64,000 nucleotides of DNA, taken from positions 34,038,001 to 34,102,000 of the forward strand of contig NC_043001.1 of the NCBI RefSeq assembly GCF_006345805.1, in the 5' to 3' direction. Shown here piece by piece: positions 1 through 12,889 of this stretch (position 1 is its first letter; each line of letters starts with the position of its first letter). The notes under the pieces are model-generated. The model worked only from the letters and a program-made list of their open reading frames with translations, searched no databases and was not told where the DNA came from. A program made the position numbers and the translations under genes. The stretch is from Octopus sinensis (taxonomy: Eukaryota).

Positions 1-220
1 TTTTAAAATAAAATACAATAATACAAACAAAGATCCGTGCTTATTGTTAGATTAACCGATTCGGTTAATTATTATAGGCAACAGACTAGTATATATATAT
101 ATATGTCGAATGAGATAAAGAAATGATCAGAAATTCGTTTCTTACATTTGCACAAGGTTGCACCCTCGTCGGAAGAAAAACTCAAACACTAGTTTTCGTT
201 GTGCCAAGGGACATAACTGA
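1..220 (+). repeat. Direct paralog of 16261-16480 (region upstream of TPMT-A)
   Basis: ttttaaaata..aaagatccgtgc..ttaaccgattcggttaatt..caacagactagtatat..gtgccaaggga.ataactgaattg occurs at both sites. Confidence 0.85.
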
Positions 221-255
221 ATTGTAATGTTCAGAGACAATTAATTGCAGCGTGG

Positions 256-646
256 AAGTGTTTTCTACTTAAATCTATAAACATTTACGGAGAGTGACTT
301 GATCTGAGATCATGTGCTGTAACGAAAACAATTGCAGCGTGGAAGGTGTTTATAAGCCATTTAAGAAACATAAAAACGTTAGATTCACTTCAAATTTAAA
401 TTTAATTTGTCAAAATATTTTCATCGCTTTGAGACCGCGACCTGTTCATTGACAAATTTGATGAAAATATTTTGACAAATTAAATTTAAATGTTGAAATG
501 AATCTACCGGTTTTGTGTTTTTTAAATGGCTTATAAACACCTTCCACGCTGCAATTGTTTTCGTTACAGCACACGATCTCAGATCAAGTCACTCGCTATG
601 CAAGTACATCTCCGTAAATGTTCATAGATTTTAGTAGAAAACACTT
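256..646. repeat. Long inverted repeat (~170-190 bp arms), probable inverted Penelope-like pLTR relic
   Basis: 256-425 is the reverse complement of 460-646; the loop region folds like a hammerhead. Confidence 0.7.
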
Positions 647-985
647 TGAGAGAACGTTGTAAAGGCCCTCTTTTAAAATTGTTTAGCGAACAAACACCGA
701 GTCACTTGGAGGAATTCATGTTGCGTTAATTACACGAAAATGATCCATGAAACAATTAATTTAACCATATATCTTAACTGCTATCGTTTAAACTGAATAT
801 ATAAAAAAAATACACCTTTTCAAGTTCAACTTTACGTTTCAATTTCATAAACATGTACTTCTTTTAGAATATTGTCATTTTAACAAACATTTATTTACAT
901 GAAAGAAAATTACAAGTGAACTTTCATTTAATTCTTCAAATCTTTCTGTTAAAACTATTGAAACCATTTGTGGGGAATTTTCTTC

Positions 986-3900
986 TTTTTTTTTTTATCA
1001 TAGCCACGGGTCGCATACTGCAAGGTTTGACGGAACCAACTGAAGCAAGCCAGCACGCTCGCAGCATTACCACGGGCGATGGCGAGGCTAAGGCGTTGGG
1101 AAAGCCAAGCGCTCACAATGGCCTCACATGACACCACGGCGAAGCGAGCTGCTAACGTTGACAAGAACTTCGCGGTCAGTGGCCCAGTCCCTCCGAACGT
1201 CTCAAACGTCACAGGTTGGAAGAGGTAGTTCATTGTCAGGTCCCGATACTTCAGGGGTTTTTTCTTCTCGGCTACGGAAACAGTGACCCTCCCATTAACT
1301 GTAGCATCCAGGATATGGGAGGGAACAAAGGAGTTACAGACTGTGGTATCCCAAATGAGGCACCTACTTCTAACCCAGGGACATCACTTTTGGATAAACC
1401 TGACGGCTCCAGAACTGAGGGGATATTACTTCCAGCCAGGGCCCGCTTAATGATTAAGTTTAGCTCGCTGTGACAAACGAAACGAACAGCATTTTGGGCG
1501 CAAGACACACCGTGAACTTGTAGGGTCGCGGGAGCCTACCACAGCGGCATCTCAGTCCCTTACGGACGTTAGCTTCCACTCTGAGTGCGAAGGAAATGCG
1601 TAACTCATCTAGACTGAGTATACCTCGAATGTTGGCCACAGCCAAGGCATCAATCCAGTCCCCTGACAATTTTGCACTAGTTGGAATTAGACCATGTTGG
1701 AGAGGAGAAGATGTTGCCTACCAAAGATGAGCAAGCGTAGACGGAGAAAGGAAAATAGGGAAGAGATAAAAAAAAAGGAGCACTTGCGCAGATCTAGACC
1801 CCAAACCGTTTTGGCAAAGCAGCTTGGTTGCGGGAGTCTGGCGTGAGTTTGACATTGGCCAAGCATTCGAGTTTCCTGAAAATTTGGTCGTCAAGTATAG
1901 CTTAGGAATTGACAAGTAATTCCTAAGTACAAAAAAACCTTTGTGTGGTTCAGTTACTTCAAAGTTTTTAAAATTTTGTTCGAGGTTAACCATTTCCAAT
2001 CAAAAGATGGACTCGAAAGCTAGGTCAGTAATTGGGGCTCCAAGGGAGAACCACGCTCATGAAGGAGGAAACACGATAGAGGGGAGGGAGTGAACAAATA
2101 GTTAAGTAGTCTGCTCATGCGAAACTGAGTGGTTGAGGAGCCAGAGCTCGCATTTGGAGCTGTTAACGCTAAGACCTCTACGACCATATTCCTCGACCAT
2201 CGCCCTCGCATTTGCAAGGACCCTGTCAGGATGGCCTCCCAAACAAGCATAATCGAGGTACCAAACATTTAGGTCTAGGACGACTCCCATCTTGTTGATA
2301 TCCTCAATACCCAATGTAAATCGGGCAGGACCAAGTGGATCACCCTGTTGGACTCCAGAGGCAGATGGAATGAGGTGGTCACCAAAGGAGAGGTAGGAGG
2401 GCTCCTGATAGGCTTACCAAGCAAAGGGATAAAGTGGTGGGGAATTCTCCTTTACAGTGCAGAGGATGAAATCTTGACTGATGGAGTTAAAAGCATTTTT
2501 ATGGTCAAGTTCGAGAATGACCTTTGGGGACTCAGAGGGTAAGTTGGTGAAAGTCCCGGTGGTATGAGAAACAGCCTCACAACCTAGCTTAGTATCCACT
2601 CCTAACTGAAGAGGAGGAAATTCCTCGGTCAGGCAGTGAAAAACTGAGGACAGGCACACATTTGCTGTGAGCTGTTGTAGAGTACAACCAACTGTTAAGG
2701 GGCGGAGGTCATCGTTGGGCTTGGTGAGACCAAATAGTCTGGCCTCAAAGAACAAGGGATGAATGTAGGCATGGATACTTTCGGACGAGAACAAGTCTAT
2801 GAACTGTGTTCGGTTCTCCAAGAGTTCGAGTCCTGCATCACCAGCTGACAGGGAGATACCACCCTTGAGATGCTGAGGTAGTAAACTATCGATCCCAGCA
2901 CCAGAACCTGCTGGAAAAGAAGCAATTGCTCTTCTGACATTGTCAGGGGTGAAGATGGGTTGTAGAAAACTTGGTGGATCGGAGCAGTGTAGGTGATCAT
3001 ATGGTGGGGCCGGAGGATGTTTCTTCTTCAGCTGGTAGAGGGAGTCTGTGGTACATGGGACGAAAGAGGACAGAAACGAAAGAAGGCGAACAGCTCCTTT
3101 AATGTCAAATTCGCTGAATTTGGCATTAACAGTATTCTTTAAGTTAGGTGGTCGACCGTTGTTCGGGGTAGAGCTGACGACCGACCTGAGACAAACAGTG
3201 TGTTGGGGTAGATTCAAACAGCTCGAACTGCTGTTTCAGGGAAGAAGTGAGGGATCCACTATTCCCATTCGGCACGTGGAGGAAGACCAAAAGGGAACAG
3301 AGACAGTTCCTGCCAATTCGCGGTGTTGTTGGATAGGCAGAAGTTCTTCAGTAGTTTCGAGAGAACACGGGCGAAACAAGTCTGAACACCCTTAGGGATC
3401 CGATTGACAAGCTTCAGCTTGGACAAACCCAGGGATCTGGAATTCAGAGCAAGGTTCTTCTGTCCTACTAAGGATGTCAGAGCTGAAGTGACATCAGTTG
3501 CATGTCCAGTTAGAAAAACTTTCGGCTTGAACCTTAATGATGCCGACTCAGCTCCTGTGGTACCTTAAACTACACAAGTGGCATTTGATGGTCTTCAAAT
3601 AGAGAACATGCTTGGAGGTGAACTGGCAGTATTAGTGGGGTCAGCTTTAGAATTAGAATTCATACGGGGAGGGTAGTGGTGGTGAAAGAATGGCGCTGGA
3701 GGTAGTGTCATCCTTTCGGAATCGACAAAGTAAGTACCAAACCAAAAACGGAACTGTAAGAACATAGCACCGGATGCCTTGCGGTATTTGCTCCGACTTT
3801 TCACGCTTTGAGTTCAAAATCACGCAATGGGCTACTTGGGTGGTAGACTTAACTTGCCACCTGGAGTATTTTTAACGGAGTTCGTTATGTGTGTTGGAAG

Positions 3901-4000
3901 CATTCAGGCCAGTTTTTAGTTTGAGGATACCTTCCTCCCGCTAACTCAATGTCAGCGGTTATGGGCACCGCCTCTTGTTTGATCTCACCCACACCAAAAA
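986..4000 (-). mobile_element. Decayed non-LTR retrotransposon with RT and restriction-like endonuclease, CRE-clade-like
   Basis: Minus-strand fragments: AVRLL, KHPPAP, FPAGSGAGID, KPNDDLRPLTVG, QLGV..KLGCEA, D.KNAFNSI, QGDPLGP, WYLD, CRCG knuckle, EPSGL, F.P..FETFG, ARGNAASVL. Poly(A) at 986-997. Many frameshifts; 5' boundary approximate. Confidence 0.8.
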
Positions 4001-4829
4001 CGGCCCGTTGTGTCAGGAACAAAATATATATTATAGTTTTATCGAAGTGTTACTATATGTATTCAGGGAAAACAAAACGAAATAAAACGAGTTACGCAAA
4101 TTAGAAATAAAATACACTTAATGTTTTTACCTTTGTTGAACTTTCCCGGTGATTTCAACGTATCTGCACCCAAGTTGTTCATCAACTAACTGAACTAACC
4201 TCTACTCTTATCAAGTAGAATCCTACTTATCAATTAGAATCAACGTGGCGCAGTGTGATAAGGCTGAATTAATATCGTATACTGCAGTAAAGCTTTCAGT
4301 TATTTATAATGTAGTACACATTTTTAACTCCGTTCCCGCCAACCCAAATTCAGTCACAAGCGATTATATGATCCGCGACTATGGCGAAAGAATTTACCCA
4401 CGTTGTCATACATGCGGATTGATTCCGGGATCTGATGGTTACAAAGCACACTTAACCACTCAGTCACACCTAATTTTCTGTCCTATAGATATATATAATA
4501 TTATTCCATATATGCTTTTCAGTCCAATTGCTAAACCGATGAAGCGCCCGCCCTGTCTACTTCTAATCAATAAATCCGTATTTGCATATATGACACACTT
4601 CAATTTTTTTTTAATGCACTAAAAATAGTCCTGTACCTGATACTGCCCTATTTCGGATGAGAGACATTGATGCTCACTAGGGTGCCGGATGTGCGTAAGA
4701 CCACTAGGAACAATAGCTGCTACTAATAATGAAGTATTGAAAACAAACCAAATTATCATAGGCTGTTAGCACAAACAAAACAATCTCTTATAGTAGGTCA
4801 GCAGTTATGTAAGGAGATAGATAACATTA

Positions 4830-7035
4830 CACAGCGTAACAATTAAAAAAATGTTTATTGTATTTTTTTATTGTTTATCAATCCAGTCTTTCTGCTGATT
4901 CCAAAAAGGAAATTATTTTTTGTGTATCATCTACAGTTACAAAAATATGTCGACTTTCTATGTTATTATATATTCGGTATTGTTATAATGTTCCGCTACT
5001 AAATGTATATCTAATTTTCTCTTTCAGACCAATAACAAAGTTCTGTTACTTTCAGGATGGCTACTAGAGTATGTAAAAATTCTCCAAATACATTTGGCTG
5101 TGTGTGTGGTTATTGTATTGGAAAAAGCAGGTATTACATAAGATCATGAAAGGTGCCAAATTGTGGATAGCGTACAGACTCTATTTCGAAATGCCCATGG
5201 GTGACCAGGACAAACCATGGGCCCCACATGTGATATGTGGAAGCTGTCGATCTACTCTAAAAGGATGGTTAAGAGGTACAGGAAGGTCAATGCCTTTTGC
5301 CATTGCAAGGGTATGGAGAGAGCCAAAGAAACATCACGATGACTGTTACTTTTGTATGATCGCTGTGACAAAGTACAGAAAAGTGAAAAGAAGACAAGCT
5401 CTTCAGTATCCGGACATATCATCATCTAGAGCACCTGTCCCACATGATGAGTTTACGAGTACCACTACCACCAGAAAATATTTCATCTGAAGAGTCAAGT
5501 AGCAGCAACCAAGAAATGGAGGAAGCTTTCGTACCAAGAATGACTTCGGAACCTCACTTTCCAAATCAGAGTGAGCTAGATGATTTAATCAGGGATCTGG
5601 GTCTTACTAAGTCAGGAGCTGAACTTCTTTCATCAAGGTTGAAGGAATGGAATCACCTGGGGGAAGACTGCAAGATATCTGTGTACCGGAAACGCCATGA
5701 AGAATTTGAAATTTACTATGAAAATATTAATGATCTGTGTTTTTGTAAAGGTGTGATTGGTTTGTTTACTGCTATTGGACTCAAGCATAATTCTTCAGAA
5801 TGGCGACTGTTCATAGATAGCTCAACACGAAGTCTCAAAGCAGTGTTGCTCCACAATGGAAATAAATATTCTTCTTTGCCTCTTGCACACTCCATACAGA
5901 AGAAAGAAAATTGCGATAATGTCAAAGAACTTCTCGACAAAATGAATTACGCTGAGTTCAAGTGGGATGTTTGTGGTGATTTCAAGATGCTTGCCTTCTT
6001 GCTTGGTTTGCAAAAGAGGATACACAAAGTATTCATGTTTCCTTTGCTTATAGGACAGCAGAGCTGATGATGATCATTACAAGTGAGTACATTGCCCCCC
6101 CCCCACCAGTGGAACTGCAGCCAGGAATGTTAAATGTTCTCAAACAGCCTCTAGTAGGTTCCAACAAAATCTTATTACCCCCACTTCATATCAAACTCGG
6201 ATTGGTAAAACAGTTTGTGAAGACCTTAGATTTTAGAGGAGACGCTTTTCAAGAAACTTGTCTTACGTTTCCAAAGCTGAGGATAAGATCAAGGGTGGCA
6301 TATTTGTTGGGCCCCAAGTAAATGCAATGTGAAAGTCGAAGAAACTAGAAAGAGCGATAACAAAAGTTGAAAAAGAAGCTTGGTGTACATTTCGTGATGT
6401 AGTTCGTAGATTCCTAGGAAATCAGAAGGATCCTAATTATAAACAGCTGGTAGCAAAGCCTATTGAAAACTTCAAGAAAATGGGATGGGTTATATGTCCT
6501 TAAAGGTTCATTTTTTAGATTTCTCCCACGAAAACTTGGTTGATGTCAGTGAGGAGCATGGTGAGAGATTTCATCAGGACATCGCAACTATGGAAAGAAG
6601 ATACCAAGGACGATGGGATACTGCTATAATGGGAGATAATATATGCTCTCTAGTCTGAAGAGATGAAGGTATACACTCCAGAAAATCTCGATCGTCAAAG
6701 CACTTCGCATCTTAAAAAAAGAGTTATCAAGGCATTTACAGCGCAGAATGTTATAGTTTCTTTTTGTTCTAATATTATACATCCTAAATATCTTTCAATA
6801 TATGGAAAAGTACTAAATGTTGTATAATTATCCTTACAATACTAGAATAGATTGAACCAGCAAAGTGCCGTAGAGAAAAGTTACAAATATAACGAGTAAA
6901 TATGAAATTAGGAATAAATAAATAAATAACTATCGATGTTACGTCAAAACGAATATGATTTTAGAATTTAGTGGCGAAAAATGCATATATGAACATTAAA
7001 AAAAAACAAAAAAACCAAACATGTGTTACATTGTG
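4830..7035 (+). mobile_element. Chapaev3-type (CMC/Transib-related) DNA transposon, full length, transposase pseudogenised
   Basis: TIRs CACAGCGTAACA..TGTTACATTGTG. TTA TSD (4827-4829 and 7036-7038) confirmed by empty sites at 14001-14003 and 38721-38723. Motifs DQDKPWAPH, WREP..H.DDCYFC, WRLFIDSS.RSLKAVLLHNG, LPPLHIKLGL, SEEHGERFHQDI. Confidence 0.9.
5146..6656 (+). pseudogene. Frameshifted Chapaev3 transposase
   Basis: Consecutive ORFs 5104..5490, 5444..6067, 6067..6321 plus downstream ERFHQD/RYQGRW remnants. Confidence 0.85.
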
Positions 7036-7089
7036 TTATCTGTCCGCGAGGTTATTTTGTCACCAATGTCACATTATTGCTTAGTCACC

Positions 7090-7519
7090 AAGGTGGCGAG
7101 CTGGCAGAAACGTTAGCACGCCGGGCGAAATGCTTAGCGGTATTTCGTCTGCCGTTACGTTCTGAGTTCAAATTTCGCCGAGGTCGACTTTGCCTTTCAT
7201 CCTTTCGGGGTCGATTAAATAAGTACCAGTTATGCACTGGGGTCGATATAATCAACTTAATCCGTTTGTCTGTCCTTGTTTGTCTTCTCTGTGGGCAACA
7301 AAGCCCCTTGTGGGCAACAAAGAAATAAGAATCGTTAGCGCGCTGGACAAAATGCTTAGCGGTATTTCACAACGTTCTGAATTCAAATTCCGCCGAGGTC
7401 GACTTTACCTTTCATCCTTTCAGGGTCGATAAATTGAGTACCAGTGAAACACTGGGGTCGATGTAATCGACTAGTCCTCTCCTCACAAATTTCAGGCCTT
7501 GTGCCTATAGTAGAAAGGG
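7090..7519 (+). mobile_element. tRNA-derived SINE dimer with 16-bp TSD
   Basis: ttattgcttagtcacc at 7074-7089 and 7520-7535. B-box-like gttcaaatt. Same family at 13610-13950, 15846-15955, 22826-23030, 38535-38670, 45518-45720. Confidence 0.8.
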
Positions 7520-7553
7520 TTATTGCTTAGTCACCGTTGCTTTGAGATCGCAA

Positions 7554-8022
7554 TGTTGAATGTGTACGGTGTGGTTGAAGACCATAATCGTGAGGCCCAG
7601 CTGGCTGTGTGATTAATAAACGAAGCAACTCACGAACTTTAAACTTTTAACTTATTTATTGCTGGACATGATTTATTGCGTTGGCTATTCACAAAAGAAA
7701 GATGCTGGTATTATGACCGATGACTGAGAGGAGAGAACTGCGCTGTGTCTTGTAGAACGCTAGCTGTAATACGTCGCGTGTGAGTGTTCAAAATCGTTTC
7801 TTGCCGGAGGTGACTCGGTCTTAGTGGTCAGCTTTCTATGAGTGTTCAAGGTCCGCCTGAGGCAAGCGCCAAATGGTTTTTATAGAGTGAGAAGGTGGTG
7901 AATTTTAGGTCATCAGAAGAGCTATGTCACGCCACTGCTCCACGCTGATTGGTCGATTTCTGTGAAACTGTCGTCGTTTTGTCGTGATCTTCAACTGACT
8001 AGTTGAAATTTGAATCCTAACA
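7554..8022 (-). mobile_element. Solo-LTR-like element
   Basis: TG..CA ends, ~470 bp. Shares motifs (gaagcaa.ctcacg, aaagatgct, gactcggtct, cacgctgattggtcga) with 10590-11060. No TSD seen. Confidence 0.45.
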
Positions 8023-8427
8023 ATCTTATTATACCTCCATTTTCAACATACACAACCCACACAAATACAAGTTTCACATCCTTTATAGAAATTCTTTTCA
8101 TCAAAATATAAACAACAGTTGATCTGAAGGAAGATAAAGTTGGAATATAGTACTAGTATACTGTAGTTTAGATATGAGAGATTTATACTTTCACACTTTA
8201 TTCCAAAATATTGGCACAATATTCTATTTATATGCACAGAATTATACATTTTCCTCCGACAAAATCTACAAGCGAATGGGACTACCTTCCATTTAGTTTT
8301 AAATAATTTCTACCTTAGATTATAAAACCCGGGATTTTCTTTGCAGCATTTTCGAATATGGGAATAACAATATCTTGTTATACAGACTTATCGCTCACCC
8401 TGTTACGCTGAATGTATCTGAGAATTA

Positions 8428-9297
8428 AGATCTTTTCCCTTTGAACGGCAGATCGAGAAATTAATTCTTTTGTAACTAAACACTTTCAAACTTCGGACAC
8501 TGGTAGAATGTGTCATATAAAACATCATTTACTCTTAGCGTTTTTGAGAAAAGTTTCTATTTACGAAGTTATTTCGTGTCAAAGTTGTCGTATTTCGGTA
8601 ATTTCAACCAATCAATGACGTGTATTCAACTGAATAAAATTACTGCCGTTGTTTGTCAACAACTATCGGCGGTGTATATTTTGTTTGTTACTGTTATTTA
8701 TGACATCGTTCGTGCGTTTGTACTGGTTTTGGTTTTAGGGTTGGTTTTAGGGTTAGGGTTAGGGTTTGGGTTTTAGGGTAAGGGTTAAGGTTTTAGGGTT
8801 AGGGTTAGGGTTGGGGTTTTAGGGTTAGAGTTACAGAAAAAAGTGAAAATGAAGAAATTGGAGAGTGAGTGGGGAAAGTCTTTCTGGAAATAGTAGCTTA
8901 AAAACAGGAAAAACAACTAAAAGCAGTAGAAATGCACGAACGATTATGGTAGTACCATGAAGTAAACATGCTTCAGATACACTCATTTATTCATACAAAC
9001 GTAACTGAGATGAAATATGTCGTAAATAACAGTGACAAATGAAATGTACACCACCGATAGTTGTTATTGACAAACAACGGCAGTAATTTTATTCAGCTGA
9101 ATACACGTCATTGATTGGTTGAAATTACCGAAATACGACAACTTTAACACGAAATAACTTCGTAAACAGAAACGTTTCTCAAAAACACTAAGAGTAAAAG
9201 ATGTTTTATATGACACATTCTACCAGTGTCCGAAGTTTGAAAGTGTTTAGTTACAAAAATTACATTTCTCGATCTGCCGTTCAAAGGGAAAAGATCC
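8428..9297. mobile_element. Foldback/MITE element with ~280-bp terminal inverted repeats and an internal TTAGGG-like tract
   Basis: 8428-8706 is the reverse complement of 9017-9297; termini (A/G)GATCTTTTCC..GGAAAAGATCC. Confidence 0.85.
8724..8832 (+). repeat. Degenerate interstitial telomeric-type repeat (TTAGGG/TTTTAGGG)n
   Basis: ttagggttagggttaggg runs with variants. Confidence 0.85.
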
Positions 9298-9788
9298 GAG
9301 TTATTTCATTTATTCCCCAGAAAATTGCTTTTAAAAAGTTATAGAGGTTTAAAGTTTGATCATTTTCACCCACTCAGGAAACAGGATTTGGAAGCTGACA
9401 TTTTGTGCGTCAACATCCTGAAAATAGCACGTGTTGTCAATATTTGTAAACAATACGTGTTATGTTTCCGGTTATTTTCTTTCATGTAAATAAATGTTTA
9501 TGTTAATTCAAAAGATTTATCCCCCAAATCTTATCTAGCAGTTAATTTTAGCACACCTCACAAGTACCTCAATGCTCAATGACAAAAAGAAGCGAGTAAA
9601 AAATCATTTAAACATTCAACATACACTTAATGCAAATGCGATAAACAACACGTTACATGCGATAAACAGGTACTATTGAAGAAGAATGGTCCTGGTGCGC
9701 GCACTCGCGTAGCGGGGCTAGCTAGATGTGTCTAGTCGATCCTTACTTTGTGTTTTTGTTTTATTTACTTTGTTTAAAAAAAAAAAAA

Positions 9789-10077
9789 GGATCTTTTCCT
9801 TTTGAACGGCACTTTGTAACATAATTTCTAGGTAACTAAAAAGTTTTGAAACTTCGTATACTGGTAGAATGTGTTTATAAAACATCATTTTCTCTTGGCT
9901 TTATTGAGAAAATTCTATATGTTGCAACATATTTCGTCTTTAATTTCTTGCATTTCGGCAATTTTAACCAATCACTGGCGTCCATTTAGGTAAATAACAT
10001 TCTGTGCATAATGAATATGTCCCTCCTTTAAGAAACAGATTGGGTTTATTTACACTTGTGAAGAAAAAAGATACCCC
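9789..10077 (+). mobile_element. Left end of a GGATCTTTTCC-family TIR element (truncated)
   Basis: ggatcttttccttttgaacggc..ctggtagaatgtg..aaaacatc, homologous to 8428-8620. Confidence 0.75.
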
Positions 10078-10589
10078 TATTATCGGTTTAGCCTAGAGAC
10101 AAGTAAATTCGGCCTAGCCTAGCCTAGAGACAAGTTAATTCGGCTTCAGTCGTTTTTCGACTTAAGTCGTGTCTCTTGGAATCAATTAACAACGTAGGGT
10201 GAGGTATGCCTGTATTTGCCAACTAAATGTGGCGGTCCTGTAGAGGACGGTGTTATAATGCTCGTTGCACAAAGCAGGTTAATACAAACTTAAATAAAAC
10301 GTACTGCTTATGCTCTGAGACAACGTGAAACAAATATACTGAATTAATTGCACGATTCAGTGTCATTAACTGGATTGCCAGCGCCTGGAGCAAGGTAAGT
10401 ATTATTACAAACTGAAAAAAGTGCGCCCAGAACAACCGCTCATGTTGACCCACTCACTATACAGCACTGGTAGAATTGCGCAACGAATATATTTTCGTGA
10501 ACACATTTGAACTTCCTTAGATTAACAATGTTTCTGATATTATCGGCAGGACAGTTGTTATGAAGGGTTTATTGTCGCTTGTTTCTTCG

Positions 10590-11060
10590 TGTCGCGGATA
10601 TCGTATCTTTGGCTGGACCATCGTTTATTAGGAGAAAGCTGCGTGTAGAATAATTGAAGCAAACTCACGTACCCTTAACTTTAATATTCATTGACGGATA
10701 TATTTTGTGTTGGCTATTTACAATCAAAGATGCTAATAATGTAATTGAGACTGAGAGTTGAGCAAACCGTGCTGCATCCGTAAGATGGGACATTGTGTGA
10801 AGATTCAGACTCGGTCTGTCAGAGTATCCGAAGTCGTCTGCGCGAAAGTCCAAAGTCTAAAACCAGCTGCACGAAAGTCGGAGGTCGACTGCCCAGTGAA
10901 TTAGGCACTAAACGATTTCTACTGGGTGGAAAGAGGGTAGATTCTAGAACATCCAAGAAGTCGTATTACGACACAGTTTCACGCTGATTGGTCGACTTAT
11001 TGATCAGTCACGTGAAACTGCCTAACGGAGGATATTGCGGTTAGGGTTTGGACCACTACA
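10590..11060 (-). mobile_element. Solo-LTR-like element related to 7554-8022
   Basis: TG..CA ends and shared internal motifs; no TSD seen. Confidence 0.4.
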
Positions 11061-11686
11061 CAGCAATTTTTAGGGGAGGTGTTTAGTCGACACCACCGAC
11101 CCGAATACTTGAATGGTACTTTATTTCATCGACCTCGGAGAAATGAAAAACAAAGATAACCACGGCGGAATACGAAATCAGAACGTAAAGAACGGGATCA
11201 AATGCCACATAGAATTTTTCCGATGCTCCAACGATTCTACCTGCTTGTTGTTTTTACTCCGGTAAGTTCAAAATTCACCATAACAAATGAGATTCATTTG
11301 GCTTTGTATCACTGTGAGAAAAATACTTTATTTGAATGAACTAATAAAGAAGGTGGAGAAAGAAGCAAAGAAAATAGATCTAACAGTTACTCTACATCAC
11401 CTAACTTTATTCAAATCTGAGATAAGGTACAAACTGACCGCATAAAAAGCTGATAAGATGGATTTAAAAAGATTAAAGTTCATTGTTTCTTGTTTACAGA
11501 ATGTTAGGATTAGCATATCAGCATGCACGTAACTAATGCACGCATAAATTTTACTTCGGGCAAAAGTTCTCATACTTAGCATCAGTTTCGTCGCGTGACT
11601 TTTAGAGGACCCCTGCGATGTTTTTTGTTTCGAGATCCCATCCCTCAATGAAAATTCATAATCTACGTATCTTTTATTCATAGCTA

Positions 11687-12889
11687 TTAGGTCGTCAAGT
11701 ATGAAATTTGTAGAAAAGAAAAAAAGTTTGCTAATGTTTTATAAATATAAGGAATAGTTTTATTCATCAAAGCTTGCACCCATATTGTCAATACGCTTCT
11801 GCTTTTTCAACGGTAGCTTGTCCAGCCCGGAACTGTAAAAGTCTGGCAATCTAGAGTCAATAAAATCTTGGAAGGCCTGTTTTACAGCATCGGTGGAATT
11901 AAAATTTTTTCCTATTAAAAAGTTATCCAAATTCAACTATTAAAAAGTTATCCAAAGAGGTAGTCACGTGAGTATGGTGGATGGTGGAGAACCTCCAACT
12001 CTTGTAGTTTCGCCAATGTCATTTTTGCAATGTGTGTTCTGGCGTTGTCTTGCAATAAAATAGGAGTAGATCGGTTGACTTATCTAGGCTGTTTTTTTTA
12101 TAAGTTTCTCCATCATTTGGTCCAGTTGGCAGCAGTATACTTCGGCCGTGACTGATGAGCCAGGTTTAATGAAATCATAATGGATCACACCTGCACCAGA
12201 CCACCAAACACACACCTTCAGCTTCTTTTGATGAACTTTGCTTTTTGGACTGTTTAGATGGCTCATCTTTGTCCAACCGTTGTGCTGAACGTTTACGGTT
12301 GTTGTATTGGATCCATTTCTCATCACGTGTTACAATTCGATTCAGAAATGATTTATTCTTGTGACGAGAAAGTAGCATAATGCAGGCTTCCAAATGCTAC
12401 CGTTTGCTTGCTAACACCAAACAACAATGATAATTCACAGACACTTTGAGATGGATCTGACTCGACGGTGGCTTTCAGTTCGTCATTATCCACCTTTGTT
12501 TCTGGTCGATTGCGTTGCTTATTTGTGAGGTCAAATTTACCAGAACGAAATTTTGCAAACCAATTTGATATTACCTGCAGTGTAATAACATTGGAATGAA
12601 ATAGTCCGTCAATATTCCGAGCTGTCTGTGATGCTGTATTTCCAAGAAAGAACTCATATTTCAAAACTGTACGAATTTCCGACTTATCCATCTCTGAACA
12701 AAAATAGCAAAAAAAAAAAAACGATTTATAAATACTTTATAAAGCGAAAAATGAGTTAGAAAAAAGAAATCGATGTATCAGCTTTCTAACAAAAAAATAA
12801 AGATTGTCAAAATATAATAATGGCGCAAAATGAGCAGCTGTCAAAGTTTACCATATACCTTACTACAAATTTCATACCCGACGACATAA
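11687..12889 (-). mobile_element. Mariner transposon, near full length, defective
   Basis: TIR ttaggtcgtc.agtatgaaatttgtag at both ends, TA flanks. ORFs MDKSEIR.., IVT.DEKWIQYNN, CVWW...GVIHY. Confidence 0.92.

Larger units (their letters stand above)
3278..8427 (-). repeat. Left arm of inverted duplication (partner 13186-15630; third copy ~38110-39370)
   Basis: 3278-3518, 4000-4829, 7036-7460 and 8005-8427 are reverse complements of collinear pieces of 13186-15630. Confidence 0.9.

Noticed and set aside
8043-8249. Small ORF recurring three times (also 13376..13570 and 38245..38493)
   Set aside because: Recurrence is explained by the duplications; starts differ, replacement changes are frequent and no domain is recognisable.
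8724-8832. True telomere or chromosome fusion site
   Set aside because: Short, degenerate, single orientation and enclosed within a foldback element.
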